The notes: generated from the letters alone by a model not told the origin. A DNA stretch of 64,000 nucleotides from Candidatus Daviesbacteria bacterium (GCA_016187035.1 JACPKL010000008.1:99990-163989); one strand, 5' to 3'. Shown: positions 8,272 to 16,139, numbered from the stretch's first letter. Numbers and translations are program-made.

Positions 8272-9351
8272 ATGATAGTATCCATTCTTATCTTTATCTT
8301 TACACTACTAGTTTTAGTCCTCATCCATGAATTTGGACATTTTTTGATGGCTAAAAAATTTGGAGTTAAGGTGGAAGAATTTGGTTTTGGTATTCCTCCT
8401 AGAATTTTTGGCAAAAGGTTTGGAGAAACACTTTATTCTATAAATGCATTACCTGTGGGAGGATTTGTTAAATTATTAGGAGAAGATGAGGTTGGAAAAT
8501 CGCGAAGTGACCGTGATTTTAGGGCAAAGCATGTTGGACAAAGAATAATCATAGTAGTAGCTGGGGTGGTAATGAATTTAATTTTAGCCTGGATTATTTT
8601 TTACACAGTGATAATTTCCCAAAACTTTAAAGTTATTTATCCAACCTTAGAAGGAGGAGTGTATATTGGCTATTTAGAGAAAAACTTTCCTGCTGAGCAG
8701 GCTGGAATAAGGGTGGGAGAGAGAATATTAAAGGTTGATGAAAAAGAGGTTAAAACGCTTGAAGATCCCAGGAAATTTATTAAAGAGAAAAAAGATCAGT
8801 CAGTTAATTTAACCTTGTCTGATTTAGATGGAAAAAATGTCAGGACAATTACAGTTACTCCAAAAAGAATAGAGAAAGATTTCTTAATTGGAGTTGGATT
8901 TAGTCCAATTGCGCTTAAGCAGTATCAATCTACTCCTCAAAAAATATTTTCTGGTATCACTTATTCTTTTGATTTAACCAAATTAACATTTGTAGGATTT
9001 AATAAAACTATTCATGATTTAATATCAGGTAATTTTGGTTCTGTTTCCCAATCTGTTTCAGGACCAGTAGGTTTAGCTAATATCAGCAATGATATTTTGA
9101 GTGGCGGCAGAGAAGCTTTACCATTCTATTTTTGGTTTGTGGGAGTAATATCTTTAACTTTATCTATATTCAATGCTTTGCCTATACCTGCTTTAGATGG
9201 AGGGAGGCTGTTATTTCTAGTAATTGAAGCCGTGACTAGAAAAAAGGTTAAGGAAGATGTGGAAAAAATAGTCCATCAAATAGGCTTTGCTATCCTTCTC
9301 ACCTTGGCACTTCTAATCACTTATTCTGATATATCCAAACTAATCCGTTAA
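8272..9351 (+). CDS. rseP: RIP metalloprotease RseP (M50 site-2 protease with PDZ)
   Basis: HEFGHFLMAK zinc motif, a central PDZ-like segment, C-terminal NALPIPALDGG. Multiple TM helices. Confidence 0.85.
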   Translation: MIVSILIFIFTLLVLVLIHEFGHFLMAKKFGVKVEEFGFGIPPRIFGKRFGETLYSINALPVGGFVKLLGEDEVGKSRSDRDFRAKHVGQRIIIVVAGVVMNLILAWIIFYTVIISQNFKVIYPTLEGGVYIGYLEKNFPAEQAGIRVGERILKVDEKEVKTLEDPRKFIKEKKDQSVNLTLSDLDGKNVRTITVTPKRIEKDFLIGVGFSPIALKQYQSTPQKIFSGITYSFDLTKLTFVGFNKTIHDLISGNFGSVSQSVSGPVGLANISNDILSGGREALPFYFWFVGVISLTLSIFNALPIPALDGGRLLFLVIEAVTRKKVKEDVEKIVHQIGFAILLTLALLITYSDISKLIR

Positions 9352-9355
9352 GATA

Positions 9356-9913
9356 ATGAATGAAGCAAAGACAGTTTTCAAAGGTAGATCTGATAAAGGA
9401 AAAGAAATTATCATCAGGTATCCTGCTAAAAAAGATTTGAAAGCAATGCGGGAATATATCAACACCCTTTCTCAAGAGAGAACATATATCACTTTCCAAG
9501 GAGAACAACTTTCTTTAGAAGAAGAGAAAAAATTTTTAGATTCACATCTTGAGAAAATCTCCAAAAATCTGGCTGTGCTGCTTTTAGTATTTCATGAGGG
9601 AAAACTGATTGGTAATTCAGGCATAGATTTAAAGGAAAGAGTAGAAAAACATATTGGAGTTTTTGGAATAACAATAGCTAAAGGTTTTAGAGGTGAAGGA
9701 ATAGGTGTGAAGTTGATGGAGTTGGTAATCAGTGAAGCAGAGAAAAACTTGCCTAATCTGGAAATAATCACTTTAGGAGTTTTTGCAAGTAATGATGTGG
9801 CTAAAGAAATGTACAAGAAGTTTGGTTTTATAGAGTATGGTAATTTGTCTAAGGGTTTAAAATTAGAAAATGGGTATGTTGACCATATCTATATGCACAA
9901 GACAACAAAATAA
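9356..9913 (+). CDS. GNAT family N-acetyltransferase
   Basis: Acetyl-CoA binding segment ..AKGFRGEGIGVKLMELVISEA.. and C-terminal YKKFGFIEYG. Confidence 0.7.
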   Translation: MNEAKTVFKGRSDKGKEIIIRYPAKKDLKAMREYINTLSQERTYITFQGEQLSLEEEKKFLDSHLEKISKNLAVLLLVFHEGKLIGNSGIDLKERVEKHIGVFGITIAKGFRGEGIGVKLMELVISEAEKNLPNLEIITLGVFASNDVAKEMYKKFGFIEYGNLSKGLKLENGYVDHIYMHKTTK

Positions 9914-9961
9914 ACGATCGCTTAATTTGTTTCCTTTTTAATTTTGATGTAAGATTAATTT

Positions 9962-10462
9962 ATGAATGCCCTAACAGAAGAAATTTTGGAGACTTTATCA
10001 GATCTTGCTTTCCATCCTCACAGATTATTTTATGGACGTTTAATAAAAGAATACTCCAGGAAAAGTTTGGGAGTCACAGTTCGCAGATTAGAACAAAAAG
10101 GATATATTGAGAGAGGAGTTATGGAGGATGAAGTTTGTATAAAATTAACAGAATTAGGTACCAAAAAATTAACAGAAAAAAGAAACCTCAGAAAAGAGAA
10201 AGCATTACTGAATTTAAGTGTTAAAGATGAAAAGTGGGATGGAAAATGGAGAATAGTAATCTTCGACATACCTGAGGTTAATAAGAGGATTAGACAGGCA
10301 TTAAGAGAAACTCTAAAGGTCTTGGAATTTTGGCCGCTGCAAAAGAGTGTTTGGATTTCCAAGAAAAATTACACAAAAGAACTTCGTAAATGGATAACGG
10401 ATTTAGATTTATCCAAACATATTCTGACTTTTGAAACAAAGGATTTAGGTAATAACAATTAG
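9962..10462 (+). CDS. PaaX-family-like regulator (wHTH N-terminus, Cas2/VapD-like ferredoxin-fold C-terminus)
   Basis: LGVTVRRLEQKGYIER wHTH. WDGKWRIVIFDIPEVNKRIRQALRETLKVLEFWPLQKSVWIS is the PaaX C-terminal/Cas2-like pattern. Confidence 0.5.
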   Translation: MNALTEEILETLSDLAFHPHRLFYGRLIKEYSRKSLGVTVRRLEQKGYIERGVMEDEVCIKLTELGTKKLTEKRNLRKEKALLNLSVKDEKWDGKWRIVIFDIPEVNKRIRQALRETLKVLEFWPLQKSVWISKKNYTKELRKWITDLDLSKHILTFETKDLGNNN

Positions 10463-10495
10463 ACAACAAAAAATGCGATCGCATAAAATGTTGTC
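10462..10495. repeat. hairpin overlapping the stop codon, containing the 12-nt perfect palindrome ATGCGATCGCAT
   Basis: GACAAC 10462-10467 pairs with GTTGTC 10490-10495. ATGCGATCGCAT lies at 10473-10484. A T-run starts 6 nt downstream, so it may act as a terminator. Confidence 0.5.
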
Positions 10496-10505
10496 ATGGA
10501 ATTTT

Positions 10506-10534
10506 TTGACAAAGATAAGGATTCATGCTAAACT
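10506..10534 (+). promoter_or_regulatory. sigma70-type promoter of the T-box leader
   Basis: TTGACA 10506-10511, 17-nt spacer, TAAACT 10529-10534. A TATAAT also occurs at 10539-10544. Confidence 0.5.
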
Positions 10535-10540
10535 GAACTA

Positions 10541-10828
10541 TAATTAAATAAGCAAGCTTGTTGCTTGCGCAATAAAAGCGTTTGAGTTTGGTTTCCCGCC
10601 AAACAAGCTGAGTAGGGTGACTACTACAGAAGGACACTGTAAAAATAGCTCCAAAGTGTGTTGCTTCGTAAGCTCAGCATAAACTAGCTTAAAGAAGATA
10701 AAGCATTAAGAATCTTTTATTAGACACACCATAGGGTGTGTTTTTTTAAGGTTAAAGCAAGGTGGTACCACGAGTCTTTACCTCGTCTTTGCAATAGCTT
10801 AATGCTGTTGTAAAGAGGAGGTTTTTTA
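10541..10828 (+). promoter_or_regulatory. T-box riboswitch leader (probably tRNA-Pro responsive)
   Basis: T-box sequence AAGCAAGGUGGUACCACGAG at 10755-10774. Antiterminator: A1 10757-10760/10789-10792, a GGUGGUA bulge, A2 10770-10774/10782-10786. Mutually exclusive 18-bp helix 10781-10798/10804-10821. Stem III-like hairpin 10724-10741. Downstream operon ends in proS. Confidence 0.6.
10781..10827 (+). terminator. T-box expression platform: terminator helix that also sequesters the SD
   Basis: CCTCGTCTTTGCAATAGC / GCTGTTGTAAAGAGGAGG (18 bp, 1 mismatch, 2 G-U pairs), loop TTAAT, then TTTTTT 10822-10827. The 3' arm contains AGGAGG 10816-10821, 7 nt before ATG 10829. Confidence 0.6.
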
Positions 10829-11593
10829 ATGGAAAGACTAAAAAGAATATTAGTAAAAGTAGGCACAAGTGCAATTAAAAATGGCAGTGGAATAGACCAG
10901 GAGTTAGTTAATGATTATGCAAGGCAAATTGCTTGGTTAAGAAGAAACTATGGAATTGAGACTATTATTGTAAGCTCTGGAGCGATTGCCAGCGGAAGAG
11001 TGCTTGAGCCTAATTTAACCAGAAGTATTATTGATAAACAGGTTGCTGCCATGTTTGGACAGCCTGAGTTAATGACGGCCTGGCGGAGAGCATTTCAAAG
11101 ACAAGACATGATAGCAGGAGAAGCTTTGTTAAAAGATGATGATCTTGAGAACTTTCGATATCCTCTTTTAAGAGCATTACAGTTTGGGGTTGTGGTTATA
11201 AATGGTAATGATGTAACTTATAACCAAGACGCCGAAGAAGAAATAATCTCTGCAGATAATGATAGGCTCTCTAGAGTAGTAGCTAACAGATGCGGGGTTG
11301 GTCTGTTAATTATGTTAACTGAAGCTGAAGGTATTTTAGATGAAGATAGAAAGGTAATTTCAAATATAGCGAGCTATTCAGACCTACACAGGATTAGTTT
11401 TTTTGAGAGAACACAGGAAGGTATAGGTGGACCAGGTTCTAAACTTTTAGAAGCCAGAAAGTTTATTACTGATGCTACTAAAATAGCATATATTGCAGGA
11501 GCTAGGATGGAAAATGTAATATTGAGAATAGCAACTGGTGAGAGAGTAGGAACAAGAGTAACGTTGCCTTTACAAGGATTTTTAAATATATGA
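10829..11593 (+). CDS. proB: glutamate 5-kinase-like amino-acid kinase (no PUA domain)
   Basis: VKVGTSAI, IVSSGAIASGR, KQVAAMFGQ, VINGNDV, SADNDRLS and GGPGSKLLEA align with ProB motifs. Confidence 0.65.
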   Translation: MERLKRILVKVGTSAIKNGSGIDQELVNDYARQIAWLRRNYGIETIIVSSGAIASGRVLEPNLTRSIIDKQVAAMFGQPELMTAWRRAFQRQDMIAGEALLKDDDLENFRYPLLRALQFGVVVINGNDVTYNQDAEEEIISADNDRLSRVVANRCGVGLLIMLTEAEGILDEDRKVISNIASYSDLHRISFFERTQEGIGGPGSKLLEARKFITDATKIAYIAGARMENVILRIATGERVGTRVTLPLQGFLNI

Positions 11594-11943
11594 TTAAGCC
11601 GCAAATTACATATGAAGATTTTGATAAGGTGGATATTAGGGTAGGGGAAGTAATTAAAGTTGAGGATTTTCCCAAGGCTCACAAACCTGCATATAAATTG
11701 ACCATAGATTTTGGGAGAGAAATTGGAATTAAAAAATCCTCAGCACAGCTGGTTAAAAATCAGACAAAAGAAGAATTGCTAGGAAAACAAGTGGTTTGTG
11801 TTGTAAATTTTGCTCCCAGACAAATTGGCCCTTTTGTTTCTGAAGTTTTAACATTAGGACCTGATGATGGTACAAACGAAGAGAGCAACTGGGTTGTCTT
11901 AACTCCCTTAAAGATAGTACCATTAGGAAGAGGAGTTAAATAG
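11590..11943 (+). CDS. tRNA-binding OB-fold protein (CsaA/Trbp111-like)
   Basis: FDKVDIRVGEVIKVEDFPKAHKPAYKLTIDFG..VVCVVNFAPRQIG. ATGA overlap with proB. Confidence 0.7.
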   Translation: MIKPQITYEDFDKVDIRVGEVIKVEDFPKAHKPAYKLTIDFGREIGIKKSSAQLVKNQTKEELLGKQVVCVVNFAPRQIGPFVSEVLTLGPDDGTNEESNWVVLTPLKIVPLGRGVK

Positions 11944-11945
11944 AG

Positions 11946-13388
11946 GTGAATAACCAGGTAAAAAGTATTACTAAAAAAAGTGATGATATTTCCGGCTGGT
12001 ATAATGATGTGATTGAGAAAGCTCAGCTGGCTGAGCATGGACCGGTTAAAGGTACTATAATTTTTAGGCCTAAAGGTTATGCTTTATGGGAAGCAATTCA
12101 AAAGAATTTGGATATTAGAATCAAAGATTTAGGTGCTCAAAATGCCTATTTTCCTTTGTTTATCCCTTATTCTTACTTACAAAAAGAAAAAGCACATGTT
12201 AAAGGTTTCTCTCCTGAATTAGCAGTGGTAACTCATGGAGGCGGTGAAAAATTAAAAGAGCCAGTGGTGGTTCGGCCTACCTCTGAAACCATTATGTATG
12301 AGGCATATTCCAGATGGATTCAATCTTTTAGAGATTTACCTTTAATTATTAATCAGTGGAATAATGTAGTGAGGTGGGAAAAGCGTCCTTACTATTTTTT
12401 AAGAACAACTGAATTTTTGTGGCAAGAAGGTCATAGTGCTCATGAAAGTAATGAGGATGCTCAAAAAATGGTAGAAAATGCTCTTAAAATGTATGTAGAC
12501 TTTTACCAAAGTGTTTTAGGCATCTATGGTTATGCTGGCAAAAAATCAGAATCTGAAAAATTTGCTGGGGCAGATTCAACTTTAACTTATGAGATGCTGA
12601 TGCCAGATGGTAAAATAGTTCAAGGCTGTACTTCCCATAATTTAGGTCAAAACTTTGCCAAAGCTTTTAAAGTGCAGTACCAAGATAACAAAGGTCAGCA
12701 GCAATTTGTTTCTCAAACTTCCTGGGGGTTATCCACCCGTTCTATTGGAGCTTTAATTTTAACTCACGGAGATGATAACGGGTTAGTTTTGCCTCCTCAA
12801 ATTGCCCCAACTCAAGTAGTGATTATTCCCATAGTAACTAAATCATCTGATCACGTTTCAATTAACAGGTTAGCAAGACAAGCTTTTGAAATATTGGAAG
12901 GTAATAATATCAGGGTAAAATTAGATGATTCTGATCAATCAATTGGTTGGAAGTTTAACCAATATGATTTGGAAGGGGTACCTATCAGGATAGAAATTGG
13001 AGGAAGGGAAGCGCAAAATCAGGAAGTGAGTATTAAACTAAGAAGTGACAAAGGAAGAGTAATAACCTCAATACTGGAAAATGTGGCAGAAGATGTTCAA
13101 AACTTGCTTCACGAAATCCAAGTTATTATGTTTGAGAAATCAAAAAAGTTTACTTTGGAAAATACCAGGCAAGCTGATAATTATGATCAGTTTAAAGAGA
13201 TAATGGAAACCAGCAGAGGGTTTATAGAAGCTTTCTGGTGTGAAGATCCAAATTGTGAGGCAAAAATAAAAGAAGAGACTAAGGCTACTACCAGGTGTTT
13301 GCCTGTAAATTCAATAGAAGCAAATGGTGAGTGTATTTATTGTAAAAAAAGCGCTAAATTCCGCTGGCTTTTTGGCCAGTCTTATTAA
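11946..13388 (+). CDS. proS: prolyl-tRNA synthetase, archaeal/eukaryote-like type
   Basis: Class IIa core (RPTSET, FLRTTEFLWQEGH) and a C-terminal Cys-rich domain ending ..FGQSY. GTG start. Confidence 0.9.
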   Translation: MNNQVKSITKKSDDISGWYNDVIEKAQLAEHGPVKGTIIFRPKGYALWEAIQKNLDIRIKDLGAQNAYFPLFIPYSYLQKEKAHVKGFSPELAVVTHGGGEKLKEPVVVRPTSETIMYEAYSRWIQSFRDLPLIINQWNNVVRWEKRPYYFLRTTEFLWQEGHSAHESNEDAQKMVENALKMYVDFYQSVLGIYGYAGKKSESEKFAGADSTLTYEMLMPDGKIVQGCTSHNLGQNFAKAFKVQYQDNKGQQQFVSQTSWGLSTRSIGALILTHGDDNGLVLPPQIAPTQVVIIPIVTKSSDHVSINRLARQAFEILEGNNIRVKLDDSDQSIGWKFNQYDLEGVPIRIEIGGREAQNQEVSIKLRSDKGRVITSILENVAEDVQNLLHEIQVIMFEKSKKFTLENTRQADNYDQFKEIMETSRGFIEAFWCEDPNCEAKIKEETKATTRCLPVNSIEANGECIYCKKSAKFRWLFGQSY

Positions 13389-13393
13389 TAAAA

Positions 13394-13431
13394 CCCTAGG
13401 TGTCATCGTATTTCCACCTCCGAGGTAGGAT
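13394..13431. repeat. repeat type D (CCCTAsGTGTCATCGTATTTCyACCTCsGAGGTAGGAT)
   Basis: 35/38 nt identical to 43067-43104. Both copies start 4-5 nt after a stop codon (proS, purH). Confidence 0.8.
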
Positions 13432-13435
13432 GGCA

Positions 13436-13558
13436 CTTAATTAGTATTTCCCAGTAATGTCATTGCGAGCGAACACAGTGAGCGTGGCAATCTTCCCCGA
13501 TCATGGAAGATTCCTCGGATGCCTCGGAATGACAAATCGGCTGGGAAGAACTAATTAG
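13436..13558. repeat. outer palindrome whose centre is occupied by a type A element (nested insertion)
   Basis: CTTAATTAGTATTTCCCAG 13436-13454 against CTGGGAAGAACTAATTAG 13541-13558 (inverted, about 16/18). Confidence 0.6.
13458..13534. repeat. palindromic mini-element type A, full copy
   Basis: TGTCATTGCGAGCGAA..GTGGCAATCTTCC..GGAAGATTCCTCGG..CTCGGAATGACA. Termini and GGAAGATTCCTCG module shared with copy 159-245. Confidence 0.8.
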
Positions 13559-13573
13559 TTTCAAAGCAACTAC

Positions 13574-13600
13574 TTGAAATTTTAACCTCAAAGGTATAAT
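13574..13600 (+). promoter_or_regulatory. promoter-like element close to ATG 13610
   Basis: TTGAAA 13574-13579, 15-nt spacer (short), TATAAT 13595-13600. ATG follows 9 nt later with no SD. Confidence 0.35.
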
Positions 13601-13609
13601 ATCCAGACT

Positions 13610-13948
13610 ATGTCTACACCTGATATTCCTCAAGAAGGAAGGATAAATTTAGCGGAACAAAAAAGACAAAAGTTTATGTTTCCTGGAGAAGTTTTTTTGG
13701 GAGATTGGAAAAAAGGTCCAGAACGTCGTTATTCAGATTTAGTATACTATGATCAGAGATCTTGGGAGGCTCTAATACAGTCTTGGAACGATGAAAAAGC
13801 AAGACTATGCACGGCAGACTGGGCAAAGTATTATTTTGCAGAATCTGGCCTATTTAGATTAATAAGAGAGATACCAGCAATCTCGAGATTGGGTCGACTT
13901 ATATCCAGTAGGATGGGAATTGTAGCGATGCCTAAACTTGTGCCATAA
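13610..13948 (+). CDS. hypothetical protein (112 aa, Trp/Arg-rich, no recognisable motif)
   Basis: ORF only. Sits between the repeat cluster and tig. Confidence 0.4.
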   Translation: MSTPDIPQEGRINLAEQKRQKFMFPGEVFLGDWKKGPERRYSDLVYYDQRSWEALIQSWNDEKARLCTADWAKYYFAESGLFRLIREIPAISRLGRLISSRMGIVAMPKLVP

Positions 13949-13961
13949 TCTCTTGTCCTAA

Positions 13962-13990
13962 TTGATTTTAATCTTACTTTCCTCTACAAT
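13962..13990 (+). promoter_or_regulatory. promoter of tig
   Basis: TTGATT 13962-13967, 17-nt spacer, TACAAT 13985-13990. ATG 14002 is 11 nt downstream, with no SD. Confidence 0.45.
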
Positions 13991-14001
13991 ACCTGGCAGC
14001 A

Positions 14002-15111
14002 ATGATAACAAAAAATATTAATAAACTAGCTAAATCTTTGGTGGAAGTAAATATTACAGTGCCTTGGATTGATCTGCAACCTCAATGGGATCAGACTTTA
14101 CAAAAAATGGCAGCTGATGTAGAGATTGCAGGTTTTAGGAAAGGGCAAGCCCCCCTGAACTTGGTGGAAGGCCAGCTTGGCACCAGACTTCAGGATGAAG
14201 TTTTAAAAGTAGCCATGCCGAATTTTTTGATTGAGGCTCTTAAAGGTGCGGATATTGTCCCTATTGATTATCCTAAGTATAACTTGATCTCCTTTGTTCA
14301 GGGATCACAGCTTGAGTTTAAAGCTGCAGTTACCAACAGACCTTATGTAACAGTTGGTGATTATAAAGCTATAATAGCAGCAAGGCCTTCTATAAAACCA
14401 GCTACTGAAGAAGAAATACAAAAGGTTATAGACGATTTATTTAAAAAATGGAAAGTCAGAAATCCCATAGTCCAACAAAATCAGCAACAAGGAGGTTCGA
14501 TTAGTTTTCAAGGAGGACAAGCACAAAATGAGATTGCCACGTCGTCCCTCGATAAACTCGGGATTCCTCGCAATGACAATGTTGTAGACGCCCCGAATGA
14601 TGATTTTGCCAAGGCTATGGGAGCAACTTCTTTAATTAACTTAAGAGAGAAGGTCAGAAAAGATTTAGATGCTAATATTTCATATAACAATGAATTAGAT
14701 TATGAGGAAGCTATTCTACAGGAGGTTGAGAAAATTACTACAGTAGAGCTGCCAGACATTTTGATCCAGGATGAATTAAATAGAATGCTGGTTTCGCTGC
14801 AAAGAAGAGTGGCTGATATGGGGCTTTTGCTTGAGGATTATCTGAAAGGCCAGGGTAAAACTCTGGAGCAGTTAAAAAATGAATGGATGCCACAAGCAGA
14901 AAAAAATGTCAGGATGGAGTTAGGGCTTGCCGAGATTGCCAGAAAAGAAAATGTCACTATTTCAGATACTGAGCTTCAGGCCGAAGTTGATAAAATCCAG
15001 GATGGGCGGGTTAAGAAACAGTTTGAAGCACAAGAACCAAGGTTGCATCTTAGACATGCATTGAGACAGACTCGGACACTAGACTTACTAAAGAAAATGG
15101 TAGGAGGATAA
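14002..15111 (+). CDS. tig: trigger factor lacking the FKBP PPIase domain
   Basis: The N-terminal ribosome-binding domain has GFRKGQAP (the GFRxGxxP signature). The C-terminal arm domain aligns (..DDFAKAMGA..LREKVRKDL..). The middle is a roughly 40-aa Gln/Gly-rich linker instead of the roughly 100-aa PPIase domain. Confidence 0.8.
   Translation: MITKNINKLAKSLVEVNITVPWIDLQPQWDQTLQKMAADVEIAGFRKGQAPLNLVEGQLGTRLQDEVLKVAMPNFLIEALKGADIVPIDYPKYNLISFVQGSQLEFKAAVTNRPYVTVGDYKAIIAARPSIKPATEEEIQKVIDDLFKKWKVRNPIVQQNQQQGGSISFQGGQAQNEIATSSLDKLGIPRNDNVVDAPNDDFAKAMGATSLINLREKVRKDLDANISYNNELDYEEAILQEVEKITTVELPDILIQDELNRMLVSLQRRVADMGLLLEDYLKGQGKTLEQLKNEWMPQAEKNVRMELGLAEIARKENVTISDTELQAEVDKIQDGRVKKQFEAQEPRLHLRHALRQTRTLDLLKKMVGG
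14531..14578. repeat. type A half-element inside tig, in frame
   Basis: AGATTGCCACGTCG..GGATTCCTCGCAATGACA is the reverse complement of the left arm of the copy at 32005 (TGTCATTGCGAGGAATC..CGACGTGGCAATCT). Encodes (E)IATSSLDKLGIPRNDN. Confidence 0.7.
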
Positions 15112-15127
15112 TTAGATTTAAGAATTT

Positions 15128-15460
15128 ATGGAGAACTGTATTTTCTGTAAAATTATCAAAAAAGAAATACCTTCAAACATTGTATACGAGTCTGATTCTA
15201 TGGTTGCTTTTCCCGATATAAATCCTTCAGCAGAAACACATATATTAATAGTGCCAAAACAGCATATTGGCAGTATACAAGATATAAGTAAAGAAAATGG
15301 GCAGCTTTTAGCTGAAGTTTATTTAACTGCCAGCAAGTTAGTTTCTGATTATAATTTAACCAATAATTTTTATAAAGTAGTTGTTAATGGCGGTAAAGCC
15401 CAACATGTTCCGCATCTACACTTTCATCTGCTAGGTGGAAACTTGAAGAGAATGGTTTAA
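15128..15460 (+). CDS. HIT-family nucleotide hydrolase (HinT-like)
   Basis: CIFCKII N-terminus and histidine triad HVPHLHFHLLGG. Confidence 0.85.
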   Translation: MENCIFCKIIKKEIPSNIVYESDSMVAFPDINPSAETHILIVPKQHIGSIQDISKENGQLLAEVYLTASKLVSDYNLTNNFYKVVVNGGKAQHVPHLHFHLLGGNLKRMV

Positions 15461-15488
15461 AATATAGATTATAGGGAGGTGTTTTCTT

Positions 15489-15686
15489 TTGAGTATTATT
15501 GTTAAAGCAAATCCAGGTGATTCAACAGATTCAGTTATTAGAAAATTTCAAAAAAGAGTTGTTGCTGAAGGATTAGTGCAAGAAATTAGAGATAGATCGG
15601 TTTACAAAAAACCTTCACAACGCCGTCAAGAATATTTAGCGGAAAAAAGACGTAAAATCCTGAGGGCTCGACGCTATGATAGGTAA
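15489..15686 (+). CDS. rpsU: 30S ribosomal protein S21
   Basis: ..IRKFQKRV..EGLVQEIRDRSVYKKPSQRRQ..KRRK. TTG start, with GGGAGG 10 nt upstream. Confidence 0.85.
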   Translation: MSIIVKANPGDSTDSVIRKFQKRVVAEGLVQEIRDRSVYKKPSQRRQEYLAEKRRKILRARRYDR

Positions 15687-16122
15687 GATACAAAACGATT
15701 TAAAGAACGCACAGTTTGCCAGGGATGAGGTTAAAGTATCAACTTTAAGGTTACTTCTGTCTGAAGTTAGGAATGCTGAAATTAACAAAGGCGGCAGTCT
15801 TTCTGATGAAGATGTTATTTCTTTGGTGCAAAAAGAGGTTAAAAAAAGAAAAGAGGCTGCTTTAGGGTTTAGACAAGGAGGGAGAGAAGGATCGGCCAAG
15901 AGAGAAGAAGCAGAACTTAAAGTTTTAGAAAGTTACTTGCCGGCTCAGCTCTCAAATGAAGAGTTGACTAAAATAGTTGAAGAGACTATAAGTGAAGTAG
16001 GAGCAAGTTCAACTTTAGATATAGGGAAAGTGATGGGGATGGTTATGAGTAAGGTGGCTGGAAAGGCAGATGGAGGTTCAGTTAGTCAGATAGTTAAAGA
16101 GAAACTGTCTAATAAAAGTTAA
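15676..16122 (+). CDS. GatB/YqeY domain protein
   Basis: LKNAQFARDEVKVSTLRLLLSEV..VQKEVKKRKEA..YLPAQLSNEEL..GKVMGMVMSKVAGKADG. Confidence 0.75.
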   Translation: MIGKIQNDLKNAQFARDEVKVSTLRLLLSEVRNAEINKGGSLSDEDVISLVQKEVKKRKEAALGFRQGGREGSAKREEAELKVLESYLPAQLSNEELTKIVEETISEVGASSTLDIGKVMGMVMSKVAGKADGGSVSQIVKEKLSNKS

Positions 16123-16139
16123 AAGTCGAATTCTGAATT

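Noticed and set aside
10724-10747. Hairpin ACACACC-ATAG-GGTGTGT followed by a T-run, which could be the terminator of an independent roughly 190-nt sRNA (6S/SRP-like) transcribed from the 10506 promoter
   Set aside because: Not fully excluded. It sits exactly where T-box Stem III is expected, about 10 nt before the T-box sequence, and I could not recognise 6S, SRP, tmRNA or RNase P signatures. It is therefore kept as part of the T-box leader.
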